From Candidatus Micrarchaeota archaeon (lineage in GTDB: Archaea > Micrarchaeota > Micrarchaeia > Anstonellales > Bilamarchaeaceae), in NCBI GenBank assembly GCA_043812915.1, contig JBDRLQ010000003.1, positions 1-64,000 of the forward strand: DNA of 64,000 nucleotides, given 5' to 3'. Each line of letters begins with the position of its first letter. The stretch's first letter is position 1. Positions 46,092 to 56,334 of this stretch are shown here, one piece after another. The position numbers were made by a program, and so were the translations under genes. The notes beneath the pieces are model-generated. The model saw nothing but the letters and a program-made list of their open reading frames with translations, had not been told where the DNA came from and did not search any database.

Positions 46092-49000
46092 CTATCCCCC
46101 GATTACCATCCCTCCACCCAACACGGCGAATTCCGGAGGCTCATACGAGCAGTTGATGTCATACTGCTGCACCGGCAGGTCATAGCCGCAGAATGAGGTC
46201 TCGCCGATGCCTGAAGCGGATGAAGTCACGCCGCAGTCCTGGGCCGGGTTTCCGCTCGCCGAATAAACCACCGGCCTGTTCATAGGCGATGGCATCGATG
46301 TCTTGCCGTATGAGAAGTATACATCATCCACATTCTTGACACAGCATTTGTCAGGCCTTTCCAGGCCTGCCATCACTTCCGCGTAGAGCAGGGAATCGAT
46401 GTCCCTTGCGTTGTATTCCTTTGTCTCAATAGTCCCGTTGATGTAAGCGTAATCGCAGATGTATTTGCCGAATGTCGCGTTGCAGAGCTGGCAGTTCTCG
46501 TCAGCGCTTATCTTCACAATCGCGTCGGTCGGGCATTTCACCGAGCCCTCATCACCCGGCGCGTGGGTGCACTCCCCTCCCGCGTCGCATTCGAGCGCCT
46601 CAGGGGCTTCGCACAGGCCCAGGGAAATCTCAATCTCGGAGCATGCCACGCATTCCACGGAGTCCTGCTGCACTATGGGGGTGAAAGTGGCGTATATGGG
46701 CTGCGACCTCATCTTGTTGATTGCGCGCTCAAGCGAGCAGAATTTCTCTGTCTTTACCCCAACGCCGCTCGTGTCGTCTACAATGCCTGCGTCGCTGCCG
46801 AGCTCAACCCCATACGGAGTTCGCACTGGGCTGAATATAACCCCTATTATCCCGGCTTTAACAAGGGTGTCCTGATTGATTATCACGGTGTTGAACAGAG
46901 TCTCGAATGTCTCTTCGTTCCACGGGCCGTCGTTCGCGGCGGATGTAGCTTCAGATACGCCGAACTGCGTAATCAGGGATGGCTTTCCAGCCTGCAGAAG
47001 GGAGAGCCTGGCGAACGATGCCATGTCATCGACCATCTGCACTGCCCTCTCTGACGGATCATCGCTTGTCTGCGATGGCGGATCGGAGATTTCACCCCAA
47101 TTCGCCCCATAGTCTATGCTGACCATGTCCACAACAAGGTCTATCCTCGGGTCCGAGAATACGAGGTCAAGCAATGTGGAGAATGACTCGTTGTCACCCA
47201 CCCTCAGGCTAACCGCGGTCATGCATCTGGGGCAGGAATTCCTTATGGAATTCGCCCGCTGCATTATCTGGTTGGTATCTACCGAAGCCGGGCAGTTGGG
47301 GAAGCATGAGAGCTCGTCCACGATTACAATCATCGCGCCCTTGTTGTCAAGCAGGAACCTGCTATCGAAGTATTCATATGGAGTGCCCGGGTGGAATGGG
47401 TTCTCAAGGTTCCAGTTGGAATCATCCTTCAGGTCGATTACCGGCATAATCCCTGAGCGCATGTAAACCTCCATCCTCTCCTTCATGTAGGAGGCGTCAG
47501 GATAGGTCCTCATGGTCCCCATCTTCGCAAGCTCTCCCTGATAGATGTCAAGGTCGATGATGGTCGGGTGGAAGCACGAGACCTCACTGCCGCTGATTCC
47601 ATCAACCGTGCACATCTGCGTGAGCGTGCCCGCCTCAACGTCATTCTCCCAGGCGTCTATGTAAGTGGTATCATTGGCCAGAACGTACTGGTATGCCAGC
47701 GTGGAGAGCGTGCACGGCTTGCACCATCCGAAGGTCCTCATCATCGGAAGCCCGCTCCGCTCATCAATCATGCAATCCCCGAACATGTTGTCCCCGTCGC
47801 CGTCCATGAGCAGGGTTATCTCCCTGGACATCAGAGCCGTATATGTCCGGTCGTGCGATATATCATAGCTGAGCCGCAGCTCCGCGGGGCTTACCCCATA
47901 GTAATTGTATGGCCACTCCGGAATCGGCTCATCAAGGTAGTTCCTGGAGAGATAATAGTTCGCCGGTTCGGTCATGAACCTGATGTCCGTGTCGAAGGTA
48001 TTGCCGCTCCAGGAGCCCCTCTTGTATGCGATTACCCATGGGATTGAGCTAATTACAATGTCACCATCGAGCATCGCCGTGCCATCAGGCCATACATCGC
48101 TCTGCATCTCGAAAATCCTGTGCTCGAAATACGGCAGGAATGCCTGCATGAGGTTATGGACAGTATCCGCGCCATCATGGTAGTCGGCCGGGACTGCGGG
48201 ATTGTTCAAATCAAGGTGGACATAATCCTCCGGGTGGGCTGCGAGATTGCACGCCTCATAGAGGAACAAATCATCGAATTCCGGCTCCCTTGCAAGCGAG
48301 TAGCCGATTACCAAATCCCCATTCCAGATTACCTTCTCATAGTCGTTCTCCCCGAATGTACCGAAGAACTCCACCTGTGCCGCCGGCGGGTAATTGGGGG
48401 CAAAGTCGTAGTAGGGGCAGTAGCACTTGCCATCCCCGCTGTTCAATGTGCATCTGGGGGTGTCGCAGCTTCCGTCAACAGGGTCTTCCCTTGTATAACC
48501 GAAGTCATTCGGCATGCTGCTGAAAATAGCGTTGCCAAAGAACATGTCATTGTTCTTGTAGTATCCGGTTGTCGGGTCCCCCATGTCGCAGGCGTCACCG
48601 CAGCTTGCCCCGAACCTGGACCTGCACGCGCTGCTATATAGGCACTTTCCCGTGATGTCCATCCATTCCCAGCGCAGCTGGCAGACATGGTTTATGTTCC
48701 AGGAATAATCATCCGCGCCGCAGCTTGAGGGCCACCCTTCGCGGCAGCAGCCATACAAGTCGTCCGGCGGGTCAGCGTCATCCTCGTTGATGTCATTCAC
48801 GCCATATCCATCGAGCTCAATTTCGAATAGCCAGTTGGTTGCCTGCACGGTCGCGTACTGGATTACGACGTCCCCTCCCGGGGCGATATAGGCGTCTTTT
48901 TTCGGGAAGCAGACCACCTTCTGGTGCCCGGTGGCATCTGTCTCAAGGTTGCAGCCGCCATCCACAGAGGTCCAGGTGGAAGGGTCCCCGCTCGCCCCTG

Positions 49001-50069
49001 TTAGCATCATCCCCCTGCTGTAGAACGAGGTGTCGCAGTCCCCCGAGTAGCAGTCATAGGCCTGCGTGTCGCACTCAAAGGGCGCCCTTCCTTCCCCGCC
49101 GTAAATGTCATCGAAATATGCTGTTACCAGGGACTTCCTGTAAAAATCATCATCAATCTTCTTGAACTTGTATTCGTTCCTTATCATGGTCGGGGTGTAC
49201 TCGTAATCATCCTCTTCCAGGGCCCTGGTCCTCCAGAATTCCCTGAACTTGTAGCCCGAGACGTCCGGGTCGGTGATGTCATATATGTCCCATGGCCCTG
49301 AGATGTCCGAAGCATCAGCAAGGGTTGCGAACCCGAACCGGAATGGCGGCGGGACGTCCCCGTCATCGACAAGGCAGTCCTCCTCCATGTCAACAGTCGG
49401 CAGGAACGGCTCATTTTCAGGCCCGACATAGTTCATGTACCTATCCACCCTGAAATCGTCTTCGGTCAAAGCCGGGTTGATGTTGCAGTACTGGTCCGAA
49501 ATCGGGAAATAATAGCGGTACTGATCGAAGTCAGAGAATGCCTCGCCGATTCCGACCCTGAACGCGTTTATCAGGGAGTTGGAGTTCTTCATCGCAGTCC
49601 GCAGCCTGGTATCCATGTTCAGGAACCTGCACTGCGCCTCATAGAAGTTTAGCATGTTCTCATCGTCGGTGCCAGGAGGCACCTGCCCCTCGGCATCCTC
49701 TACGCTGGTGAACCCCGGGGCCACGCGCGGAGTGAACTTGAAATCCCCGCATACCATCGCCTTGCAGTCCGGAAAGAAGCAGCTTCCTAGCATGTCCTCG
49801 GTGCAGATGGGAATCAGCTGCATCTTGCCGCCGAAAGTGACGTTGCAGTGGCCGTCATTGCCAAGGTCCTCCCTGTCGCAGGGGCCTATGGTGTCGGAGC
49901 GGTAATCGTAAATCTCATAATCCGTCATATTATAGATCATGCAGCCATCGGAATCCGGCCCGGTGGCGTTGGATTTCAGGCAGCAGCCCACCTTCTGGAC
50001 CGGCGTCACACAGCCGGCAAGCATAAGCGCGACACACGCAATGAAAACAAATATCACGGCATTTCTCAT
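46092..50069 (-). CDS. Giant acidic Cys-rich secreted lipoprotein with a glycoside-hydrolase-like barrel
   Basis: Lipobox LAGC, very many Cys, D/E-rich, no C-terminal TM. ATG 50069 overlaps the upstream stop (TGATG). Confidence 0.85.
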   Translation of the reverse strand: MRNAVIFVFIACVALMLAGCVTPVQKVGCCLKSNATGPDSDGCMIYNMTDYEIYDYRSDTIGPCDREDLGNDGHCNVTFGGKMQLIPICTEDMLGSCFFPDCKAMVCGDFKFTPRVAPGFTSVEDAEGQVPPGTDDENMLNFYEAQCRFLNMDTRLRTAMKNSNSLINAFRVGIGEAFSDFDQYRYYFPISDQYCNINPALTEDDFRVDRYMNYVGPENEPFLPTVDMEEDCLVDDGDVPPPFRFGFATLADASDISGPWDIYDITDPDVSGYKFREFWRTRALEEDDYEYTPTMIRNEYKFKKIDDDFYRKSLVTAYFDDIYGGEGRAPFECDTQAYDCYSGDCDTSFYSRGMMLTGASGDPSTWTSVDGGCNLETDATGHQKVVCFPKKDAYIAPGGDVVIQYATVQATNWLFEIELDGYGVNDINEDDADPPDDLYGCCREGWPSSCGADDYSWNINHVCQLRWEWMDITGKCLYSSACRSRFGASCGDACDMGDPTTGYYKNNDMFFGNAIFSSMPNDFGYTREDPVDGSCDTPRCTLNSGDGKCYCPYYDFAPNYPPAAQVEFFGTFGENDYEKVIWNGDLVIGYSLAREPEFDDLFLYEACNLAAHPEDYVHLDLNNPAVPADYHDGADTVHNLMQAFLPYFEHRIFEMQSDVWPDGTAMLDGDIVISSIPWVIAYKRGSWSGNTFDTDIRFMTEPANYYLSRNYLDEPIPEWPYNYYGVSPAELRLSYDISHDRTYTALMSREITLLMDGDGDNMFGDCMIDERSGLPMMRTFGWCKPCTLSTLAYQYVLANDTTYIDAWENDVEAGTLTQMCTVDGISGSEVSCFHPTIIDLDIYQGELAKMGTMRTYPDASYMKERMEVYMRSGIMPVIDLKDDSNWNLENPFHPGTPYEYFDSRFLLDNKGAMIVIVDELSCFPNCPASVDTNQIMQRANSIRNSCPRCMTAVSLRVGDNESFSTLLDLVFSDPRIDLVVDMVSIDYGANWGEISDPPSQTSDDPSERAVQMVDDMASFARLSLLQAGKPSLITQFGVSEATSAANDGPWNEETFETLFNTVIINQDTLVKAGIIGVIFSPVRTPYGVELGSDAGIVDDTSGVGVKTEKFCSLERAINKMRSQPIYATFTPIVQQDSVECVACSEIEISLGLCEAPEALECDAGGECTHAPGDEGSVKCPTDAIVKISADENCQLCNATFGKYICDYAYINGTIETKEYNARDIDSLLYAEVMAGLERPDKCCVKNVDDVYFSYGKTSMPSPMNRPVVYSASGNPAQDCGVTSSASGIGETSFCGYDLPVQQYDINCSYEPPEFAVLGGGMVIGG

Positions 50070-51097
50070 CAAATCACTTTGGAAACCATTTTCATCAATT
50101 CAAAGGTGTCTCCCTGGAGGAGGGTCATCAGGTAACGGATGAACATAAGAGTGACGAACAGGGCAATCAGGGGGTGGAGCATCAGTGACACATACGATTC
50201 AGTCAGAACGTCCCTTACAGTATCCATTGTCAACAGGTTGGTGCTTCCGAATCCTGCAACCTCGAGGGAACTCACGATCGTCGCCGTGCTCGCCATTGTC
50301 GGGTAGCAGAACTTCGTGCCAGCAGGTGATGGCGGGGGCGGCTCAAGCGGGATGTGGACAAAGCCAGGGTCGAGAAGCAGGAACATTATCGGGAAGACGA
50401 AGTAGAATCCTATCGCTGTCGCTATGAACAGCGCCCCTGCCCCCCTGGTGACGTGGAACGAGCGGAGCAGGATGCCAACGGGAAGGAACACGGTCAGCAT
50501 GTTATGCTTGATATACAGTATCAGGAACGCCTGCGCATTAAGCGCGATAAGTATCACTGTCGCCAGGTTGTTCGTAATCCTGAGTGTCTCGGTATACGAG
50601 AACAGGTCCCCGTCCCAGTCGCCCTTGTAGATGGTTATCCCGAAAATCCCGAGCATTATGCTCTGGGTGTGGAAATCCGTCCACCCGTCCTTTTCGGCGA
50701 ACACCGCCTCGTGCACTTTAGAGACTTCAAGCGCCTTCTCCTGGATTCTGCAGCGGATTCCGTCCAGCGCCTCGCTCATGGCGGATTCCGAATCATCCAT
50801 CGCTATGCGGATGTTGTCATCGCCGCACTGGAGCTCCCCGCTAATCATGTCCTGGGACAATTCAAGCGCGCTGTTGATCATGATTACAAGGAAAATTGCC
50901 ATCAGGGCGGTGGCGCCGGCCTGCATGATTTCAGAGTCGGCATACCTCTCCATTTCTCTCATGGAGAACGCCTTGGCGAGCATCCTCACCAGAATGTGTA
51001 TGGTAATCACTGTCACCACCGCGAGCATCGAGAGCGGCATCCATACCGCGTCCCAGTCGCCGTAAAACGAATATGCGGAAAACAGCAATCCCATCAT
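50069..51097 (-). CDS. Polytopic membrane protein, CedA/VirB6-like paralog 6
   Basis: YADSEIMQA hairpin and LPVGILLRSFHVTRGAGALFIATAIGFYFVFP. The CDS is certain; the family call is inference. Confidence 0.7.
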   Translation of the reverse strand: MMGLLFSAYSFYGDWDAVWMPLSMLAVVTVITIHILVRMLAKAFSMREMERYADSEIMQAGATALMAIFLVIMINSALELSQDMISGELQCGDDNIRIAMDDSESAMSEALDGIRCRIQEKALEVSKVHEAVFAEKDGWTDFHTQSIMLGIFGITIYKGDWDGDLFSYTETLRITNNLATVILIALNAQAFLILYIKHNMLTVFLPVGILLRSFHVTRGAGALFIATAIGFYFVFPIMFLLLDPGFVHIPLEPPPPSPAGTKFCYPTMASTATIVSSLEVAGFGSTNLLTMDTVRDVLTESYVSLMLHPLIALFVTLMFIRYLMTLLQGDTFELMKMVSKVI

Positions 51098-52185
51098 CAG
51101 ACCATCCTCGTGATTCTACTTAAATCTATTTCCTCTCCCATCAGGCGGGCGACATAACTGACGCTGGCGATAGTCGCAAGAAGCGCAACTGTCGGCATGA
51201 AGAACGCCGCTATGAACGCGCTTGCCGCGAACATTATTGCCTCTGTCGGCTTTCCGCCTCCTGGCAGGTATGATTCCTCGAAAGTTTCCTCGCCTCCTGG
51301 CATTGAGAGCCACATTGATGCGGCCAGGCCCCAGCCGGTCGCGGCGGAGTTGGTCCCTCCCCGGTCATAGAATATCCTCTCGTTGCGCACATAATCGTTC
51401 ATCAGTGTCGAATCCGGCGCGTAATCCGGCCGGTCAACCAGCACATCGCCCATAAGGTAGAGGATTGAGAGCATGAGCGGGTACACCAGCAGGAAGCATA
51501 TCGCAAGGGACATCAGCAGCGCCCCGAACCCGCGCAGGTAAGGCATTGAGCGCAGGAATATGCCCATAGGAAGGAACAGGAAAACGAATCCCCGGTAGAT
51601 GAACATCAGCAGGAACAGGTAGCTGAGCACCGTAATGTGCGCCATCAGTGTCGAATTGAAGAATATGTTCATGGCTGCCATGTAGGCGCCGAAACCCCCG
51701 AAGGGTTGCGTATTCGTCCCGGAATACCCGAAGAGGCAACGGAGCGGCCCGCACGAGAAGACGCTCAGGTAGGAAAGGATGGTATATGCCTTGAGGTGGT
51801 AGCGCACAACGCTCATGGAATTGTGCGAATACAGCGCCGCTTCCACAAGGTATGTCTCGGCAGCGTCATAGATTGAATCCGGCGGGTCTGTTGCCGATAC
51901 CGGCACTTCGAAGATGTTCGCGACATCTCCAAGGTCAATGGCGCAGAACGTGTTTATCGTCGTTCCCAGGAACACGACCACTCCGAGCGAAATGAGCACC
52001 TGCAGTATCTCGGTCTTTGACCATAGGGTGAGCTTGGGATTGTTCAGCAGCTTCCCGAGCAGGAAGGAGACTCCGATTATCATCCCGGTCGTGATTGCCG
52101 CAATGGCGGCGAGCGGGAATATCGTAGTGGTAAGGAAATCAGAGAAATCCGTTGAAAGCGCCCCTGCAGTGCATATGTCCATCAT
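51097..52185 (-). CDS. Polytopic membrane protein, CedA/VirB6-like paralog 5
   Basis: NPKLTLWSKTEILQV, LPMGIFLRSMPYLRGFGALLMSLAICFLLVYP and MGEEIDLSRITRMV. Confidence 0.7.
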   Translation of the reverse strand: MMDICTAGALSTDFSDFLTTTIFPLAAIAAITTGMIIGVSFLLGKLLNNPKLTLWSKTEILQVLISLGVVVFLGTTINTFCAIDLGDVANIFEVPVSATDPPDSIYDAAETYLVEAALYSHNSMSVVRYHLKAYTILSYLSVFSCGPLRCLFGYSGTNTQPFGGFGAYMAAMNIFFNSTLMAHITVLSYLFLLMFIYRGFVFLFLPMGIFLRSMPYLRGFGALLMSLAICFLLVYPLMLSILYLMGDVLVDRPDYAPDSTLMNDYVRNERIFYDRGGTNSAATGWGLAASMWLSMPGGEETFEESYLPGGGKPTEAIMFAASAFIAAFFMPTVALLATIASVSYVARLMGEEIDLSRITRMV

Positions 52186-53195
52186 ACCAGCCTCGCGAGC
52201 GCGCTCATGTCCACTTCAGCCCCTGCCAGGGACGTCATGAACCTAAGGCTGCTCATGAACATCAGCAGCGCAATTATTGGCCCGAGCGTCGCCTTTATCA
52301 GCACCCAGTACAGGTATTCCTTCATCCCTGCCCGCATGTTGTTGTAAACCCTTTCGGCTTCCTCCTCATTCGGATTCCCCAAAGTCCCCGACTGCGCGGG
52401 CTCGCACTCGAAGTCGGAAATCCCGATGCTTTCATCAGGATGGTAGGGGTCATCGATATCCGCTGCTACCCAGTCAATCTCACCATCGTATGAAATGAAG
52501 TTCTCAGCCATCATGTCAACGAACAGGATGCCGAGCGGTATTATCAGGTACATGGAAATGCCAAGGGCAATGAGCAGTCCTCCGGCTCCTCTTGTCACCT
52601 TCAATGTACGAAGCACTATGCCCGCTGGCAGCAGCAGGCTCATCCCGTATTCTGTCGCGATAAGCAGGAGTTTCTCAAGAGCGGCAAGCTCTCCTATCGC
52701 GAACCCGATGATCGAGCCGGCGGTCGAGAGGGGGGGATTCAGCATGCTGAACCCTCCGCATCCGCTAACGAAGTATCCGACTCCCATGATGCTGCACCTG
52801 GCCCCCTTGGCGGCTTCCTCAGCCATCCTGTTGTCCATCCAGGCGACATCGCCGAAGTATCCGGTGAGCTGCCCTCTGGTCTCCCTTAGGCTTTCCACCG
52901 CGGCTTCCTGCATGGTATCATATTCACCGGTGAATTCGGCAATATTGGACATCCAGTTCAGGAAGCTGTCACTCGATACAAGAAGTAGCACTAGCGCAAG
53001 GAGGGCGATAATCTGGTAGCCCTCCTCCTTGGCCATCATCTGCAGCTCGTTGGCCCCAAAACCGTAGCCAATCATGAATACTACAATCAGAATCATGAGG
53101 GAGGTAATCATGGCTATCCCTGCCAATGACTGCCAGGCCGCAAAGCATAGCGGCAGGAGCACAAGCAGAGCGAATATAGTTTTTCCAAAGCCCAT
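52182..53195 (-). CDS. Polytopic membrane protein, CedA/VirB6-like paralog 4
   Basis: Signal peptide, LQMMAKEEGYQI, LPAGIVLRTLKVTRGAGGLLIALGISMYLIIP and AGAEVDMSALARLV. Confidence 0.7.
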   Translation of the reverse strand: MGFGKTIFALLVLLPLCFAAWQSLAGIAMITSLMILIVVFMIGYGFGANELQMMAKEEGYQIIALLALVLLLVSSDSFLNWMSNIAEFTGEYDTMQEAAVESLRETRGQLTGYFGDVAWMDNRMAEEAAKGARCSIMGVGYFVSGCGGFSMLNPPLSTAGSIIGFAIGELAALEKLLLIATEYGMSLLLPAGIVLRTLKVTRGAGGLLIALGISMYLIIPLGILFVDMMAENFISYDGEIDWVAADIDDPYHPDESIGISDFECEPAQSGTLGNPNEEEAERVYNNMRAGMKEYLYWVLIKATLGPIIALLMFMSSLRFMTSLAGAEVDMSALARLV

Positions 53196-55273
53196 CAGAA
53201 TAACCTCCTTAGCCCGGGAATCTCGATGTCCCCTCCGAGCATGGCCGAGAATCCCTTGATGAATACCAGTGTCGCAACGATGTTGAAGAGCGGCAGCAGG
53301 TAAGCTGGTATTATGTATTTCGAGACGGCCGTGATTTCCGCCTTTCCGATAAGCCCATCCTCATCCGCCTCGGAATACTCCCCTGGCGACTTGGACGGAA
53401 CGTTGTCCGAAGGCCTGCAGAGCGAGCCGCAGTCGCTGTTCACAGGCGGGTTGAATATATACGCCTCCTCTGAGAACAGGCACGCCTCGCAGCTGCTCAT
53501 CGGAATCTGGGCCCGGTTGTACACGTCCGTCGGGCAGTTCTCAGGGGAGCAGTCCCCGCCAATGTATTCAAGCGGCAGCGCATGGTGCAGCAGCCTGCTC
53601 TCCATCGGGCAGCCTGTGCAGTTTCCTATGTCCAGCGTCTCAATGAAATCGACATCCACTTCGCAGGTTGTCGGGCAGTTTGCGCACTGCTCAACTATCT
53701 CCCAGGTGGATGGGTCTGCGGCATCATACGCGTCTGTGAAGCATTCCTCCGGAAGGTTCGCCGGGTCGGCGTTCTCCAGCCTGCACTGCGGCGGGCAGTT
53801 CACGCACAGCTCCTCGTCGCATGAGCCCCACTGCGGTATTACATAAACGCATGATTCGAAGGCGTCCATGCTGGCCGGGCACTCCGAGGCCAGGTTGCAT
53901 TGCCTCACTTTGTCCGAAGGCCCTTCCACTTCAGGCCGATAATCCAAATCCTGCATGTTCGTTACCCTGCAGTCGAACCTGGATTCAAGGCAGCGGTCGA
54001 CATCACAGTTGGTGTTTAGCGGGGGGACAATCTTGCACTCCACCGGGCAGCGCAGGTATTCCTCGTCATCCGCCGCTCCCGGAACGGTCCTCACAGCCTT
54101 GCACTCAATCGGAAGCTGCGCGCATGCCTCCTGCACCTCAAGCTCAACGCACATCGAAAGCGCATGGGGATATGGAAGGTCCCTGCATTGGGATGGGCAA
54201 TCCTCGAAGGGGCCGTAGTAGCAGCTATAGACTGTCTGGCCCCCAGCGCTTCCATTGCTGCCTATCGCCCTTTCCATGGTGCCCCTGGATATCTCTATCG
54301 CGGAGGCATCATCCTCCGGGTCGAACGCCATGTAAATGTCATTGACTGTCGCCATTAGGACCGCTTCTCCCCCTGAGGTATGATAATATGCAAGGGGCGG
54401 GCCGACAGAGCATTCTTCGGGGCATCCGCGGATATCATCCTCCACCGCCTTCTCACCGGCAATCACCATGTCAAGGGTCATCCAGTCGAAGACGTACATC
54501 ATCGGGAAGAAGAACATTATGCCTGCGGCTATCGCTATCAGCAGCCCTCCGGCTTTCCTGGTGAAGAAGAAAGCGCGCGCGACAATGCCTGCGGCTAATA
54601 TCAGGGGCCCAAGCTTGAAGCTTATCTGGTCGATAAAGAACTTCTGCGCATGCAGTGAGTTGAGGATGTTCACCCAGTATTCATATATTATCGTGTACCT
54701 GTCAACGTCGAGTATATACTGCGGCGCCAGGCCCATATAGAAACTGAGCATCACGCAGTATATCGTGATGCAGCTGATTCCCGCCCTGCGGTTCATCCAG
54801 CCGGCTGCGACCATATTGTTGGCGAGCGCGTTTTTCGCCCCTTCTTCTGCGGCCACGATGCTGTCATGCAGGTAGCCGTATTCCGAAGTGACCACTTCCT
54901 GCAGGCACGGATCGCCGATGTCGCAGTGCAGCCCGCCGACCTCAGAGCCATTGACCATGGCCATCACAAGCATATCAAGGAAGGCGATGGTCCCTATAAG
55001 CACCACAATCAGGATTGCGTTCGCGATGACCTGCGAGAGCTCTGTGCTCGCCCATGCCTGCAAATCAGGCATCTCGAAGGCGACTGCAATCATGTACCCG
55101 ATTGCAACAAGAATGATGGATGCGATTATGGCCAGCGCAGCCAGTGCCTGCCAGCTTGAGACGATTTCCAGAACCGAGCCTCCAACCTCCTGCTCAAAGG
55201 AGGCGCTAACGTCCCCTTCTGTGGCTAAGGAAAGCGAAACCAGCACCAGAAGCACAAGCAACAGTCTCTTCAT
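53195..55273 (-). CDS. Polytopic membrane protein, CedA/VirB6-like paralog 3, with a ~340-aa Cys-rich insert
   Basis: Signal peptide from ATG 55273, PDLQAWASTELSQV, GIVARAFFFTRKAGGLLIAIAAGIMFFFP, CPxxC repeats and LGGDIEIPGLRRLF. Confidence 0.7.
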   Translation of the reverse strand: MKRLLLVLLVLVSLSLATEGDVSASFEQEVGGSVLEIVSSWQALAALAIIASIILVAIGYMIAVAFEMPDLQAWASTELSQVIANAILIVVLIGTIAFLDMLVMAMVNGSEVGGLHCDIGDPCLQEVVTSEYGYLHDSIVAAEEGAKNALANNMVAAGWMNRRAGISCITIYCVMLSFYMGLAPQYILDVDRYTIIYEYWVNILNSLHAQKFFIDQISFKLGPLILAAGIVARAFFFTRKAGGLLIAIAAGIMFFFPMMYVFDWMTLDMVIAGEKAVEDDIRGCPEECSVGPPLAYYHTSGGEAVLMATVNDIYMAFDPEDDASAIEISRGTMERAIGSNGSAGGQTVYSCYYGPFEDCPSQCRDLPYPHALSMCVELEVQEACAQLPIECKAVRTVPGAADDEEYLRCPVECKIVPPLNTNCDVDRCLESRFDCRVTNMQDLDYRPEVEGPSDKVRQCNLASECPASMDAFESCVYVIPQWGSCDEELCVNCPPQCRLENADPANLPEECFTDAYDAADPSTWEIVEQCANCPTTCEVDVDFIETLDIGNCTGCPMESRLLHHALPLEYIGGDCSPENCPTDVYNRAQIPMSSCEACLFSEEAYIFNPPVNSDCGSLCRPSDNVPSKSPGEYSEADEDGLIGKAEITAVSKYIIPAYLLPLFNIVATLVFIKGFSAMLGGDIEIPGLRRLF

Positions 55274-56334
55274 CCAATCACCCTCAATGCCTTTGCGACC
55301 GAGCCGATAAATGTAACTACCAGCGCAATCGTCAGGTTGGGCAGCAGGAATGCCTGCGGCACCAGCCATGCGACCATCCAGAAACCGTAATTGTTAGTGC
55401 ACGCGCGTTGCCTGTCCTCGGTGATGTCTTCATCAGCGTAATCCCAGCACGCGTATCCGTCGGTCACGCTATCACAAACCGCGTCGTAGATGTGCAGCGG
55501 CTCCCCAAGGAACCTTGCGCTCACTTCACGGTAGCAGTCTTCTGTCGTCAATGCCACATCCATCATCGCCAGATTGAACGTATAGAGATACGGCACAAGT
55601 ATGTAGATTCCTATCGCCAGCGCGAGCAGGACATTCCCCATCTGCCTTGTCGGTATCAGAACGCGCAGCAGGAATCCTGTCGGGACCACCCACGCGATGA
55701 TATTGCTGTTTATGAAGCCTAGCAGGAGCTGCTGCATCCTGATGCTCGCCATGGACGGGATAAGGAAGGTATTGAGAATCATGTCATACTGGTTCGAGAC
55801 GACTCTCTTGTAGGAGGAGACGACTGCAGTGTAAGTGTCGAACAGGGGAAGAGCCACGCTCATGGAAAGCGTGGACCACATGATGTTGTCCACGTACTCC
55901 TTGATGTAGTATTCAGAAATGCCCTCTGCCCTGGATGCCGCGCTGTTCAGGTAGCATTGGGATACTGCGTCTATTGTGCTCAGGTCGGAGTAGCAGCGCA
56001 GATCACCGGTCTCCTGCAGTTCCCCATAGGTGTTCATGAAGAAGAAATCCATGACATTGCAGGAAAGCGCGAGCACCGCGCTAAAGCCCATCAGGAGCAT
56101 GACTGAGAATCCGAGGTGGTACAGCTCATCGGTTGAGAATATTATGAATTTCGGGTTTCCTGTGACCTTTCCTATCATGTACGCGCCGGCAGTCAGCACC
56201 GCGGTGAGCATCAGGACCGCTGCGATATTCCCTCCCTGGTCTCCGACAATGACGTCCAGCCCGACCTCAACGCAGTCAAGGGCTGCTGCAAGCGGGGACA
56301 AAAGCAGAAGGAAAAGCAACAGGCGCCTCATCAT
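55270..56334 (-). CDS. Polytopic membrane protein, CedA/VirB6-like paralog 2
   Basis: Signal peptide, NPKFIIFSTDELYHL and PTGFLLRVLIPTRQMGNVLLALAIGIYILVP. Confidence 0.7.
   Translation of the reverse strand: MMRRLLLFLLLLSPLAAALDCVEVGLDVIVGDQGGNIAAVLMLTAVLTAGAYMIGKVTGNPKFIIFSTDELYHLGFSVMLLMGFSAVLALSCNVMDFFFMNTYGELQETGDLRCYSDLSTIDAVSQCYLNSAASRAEGISEYYIKEYVDNIMWSTLSMSVALPLFDTYTAVVSSYKRVVSNQYDMILNTFLIPSMASIRMQQLLLGFINSNIIAWVVPTGFLLRVLIPTRQMGNVLLALAIGIYILVPYLYTFNLAMMDVALTTEDCYREVSARFLGEPLHIYDAVCDSVTDGYACWDYADEDITEDRQRACTNNYGFWMVAWLVPQAFLLPNLTIALVVTFIGSVAKALRVIG

Noticed and set aside
55274..55369. Upstream extensions of paralog 3 (and 56335..56364 of paralog 2)
   Set aside because: Signal peptides begin at the ATGs overlapping the upstream stops.
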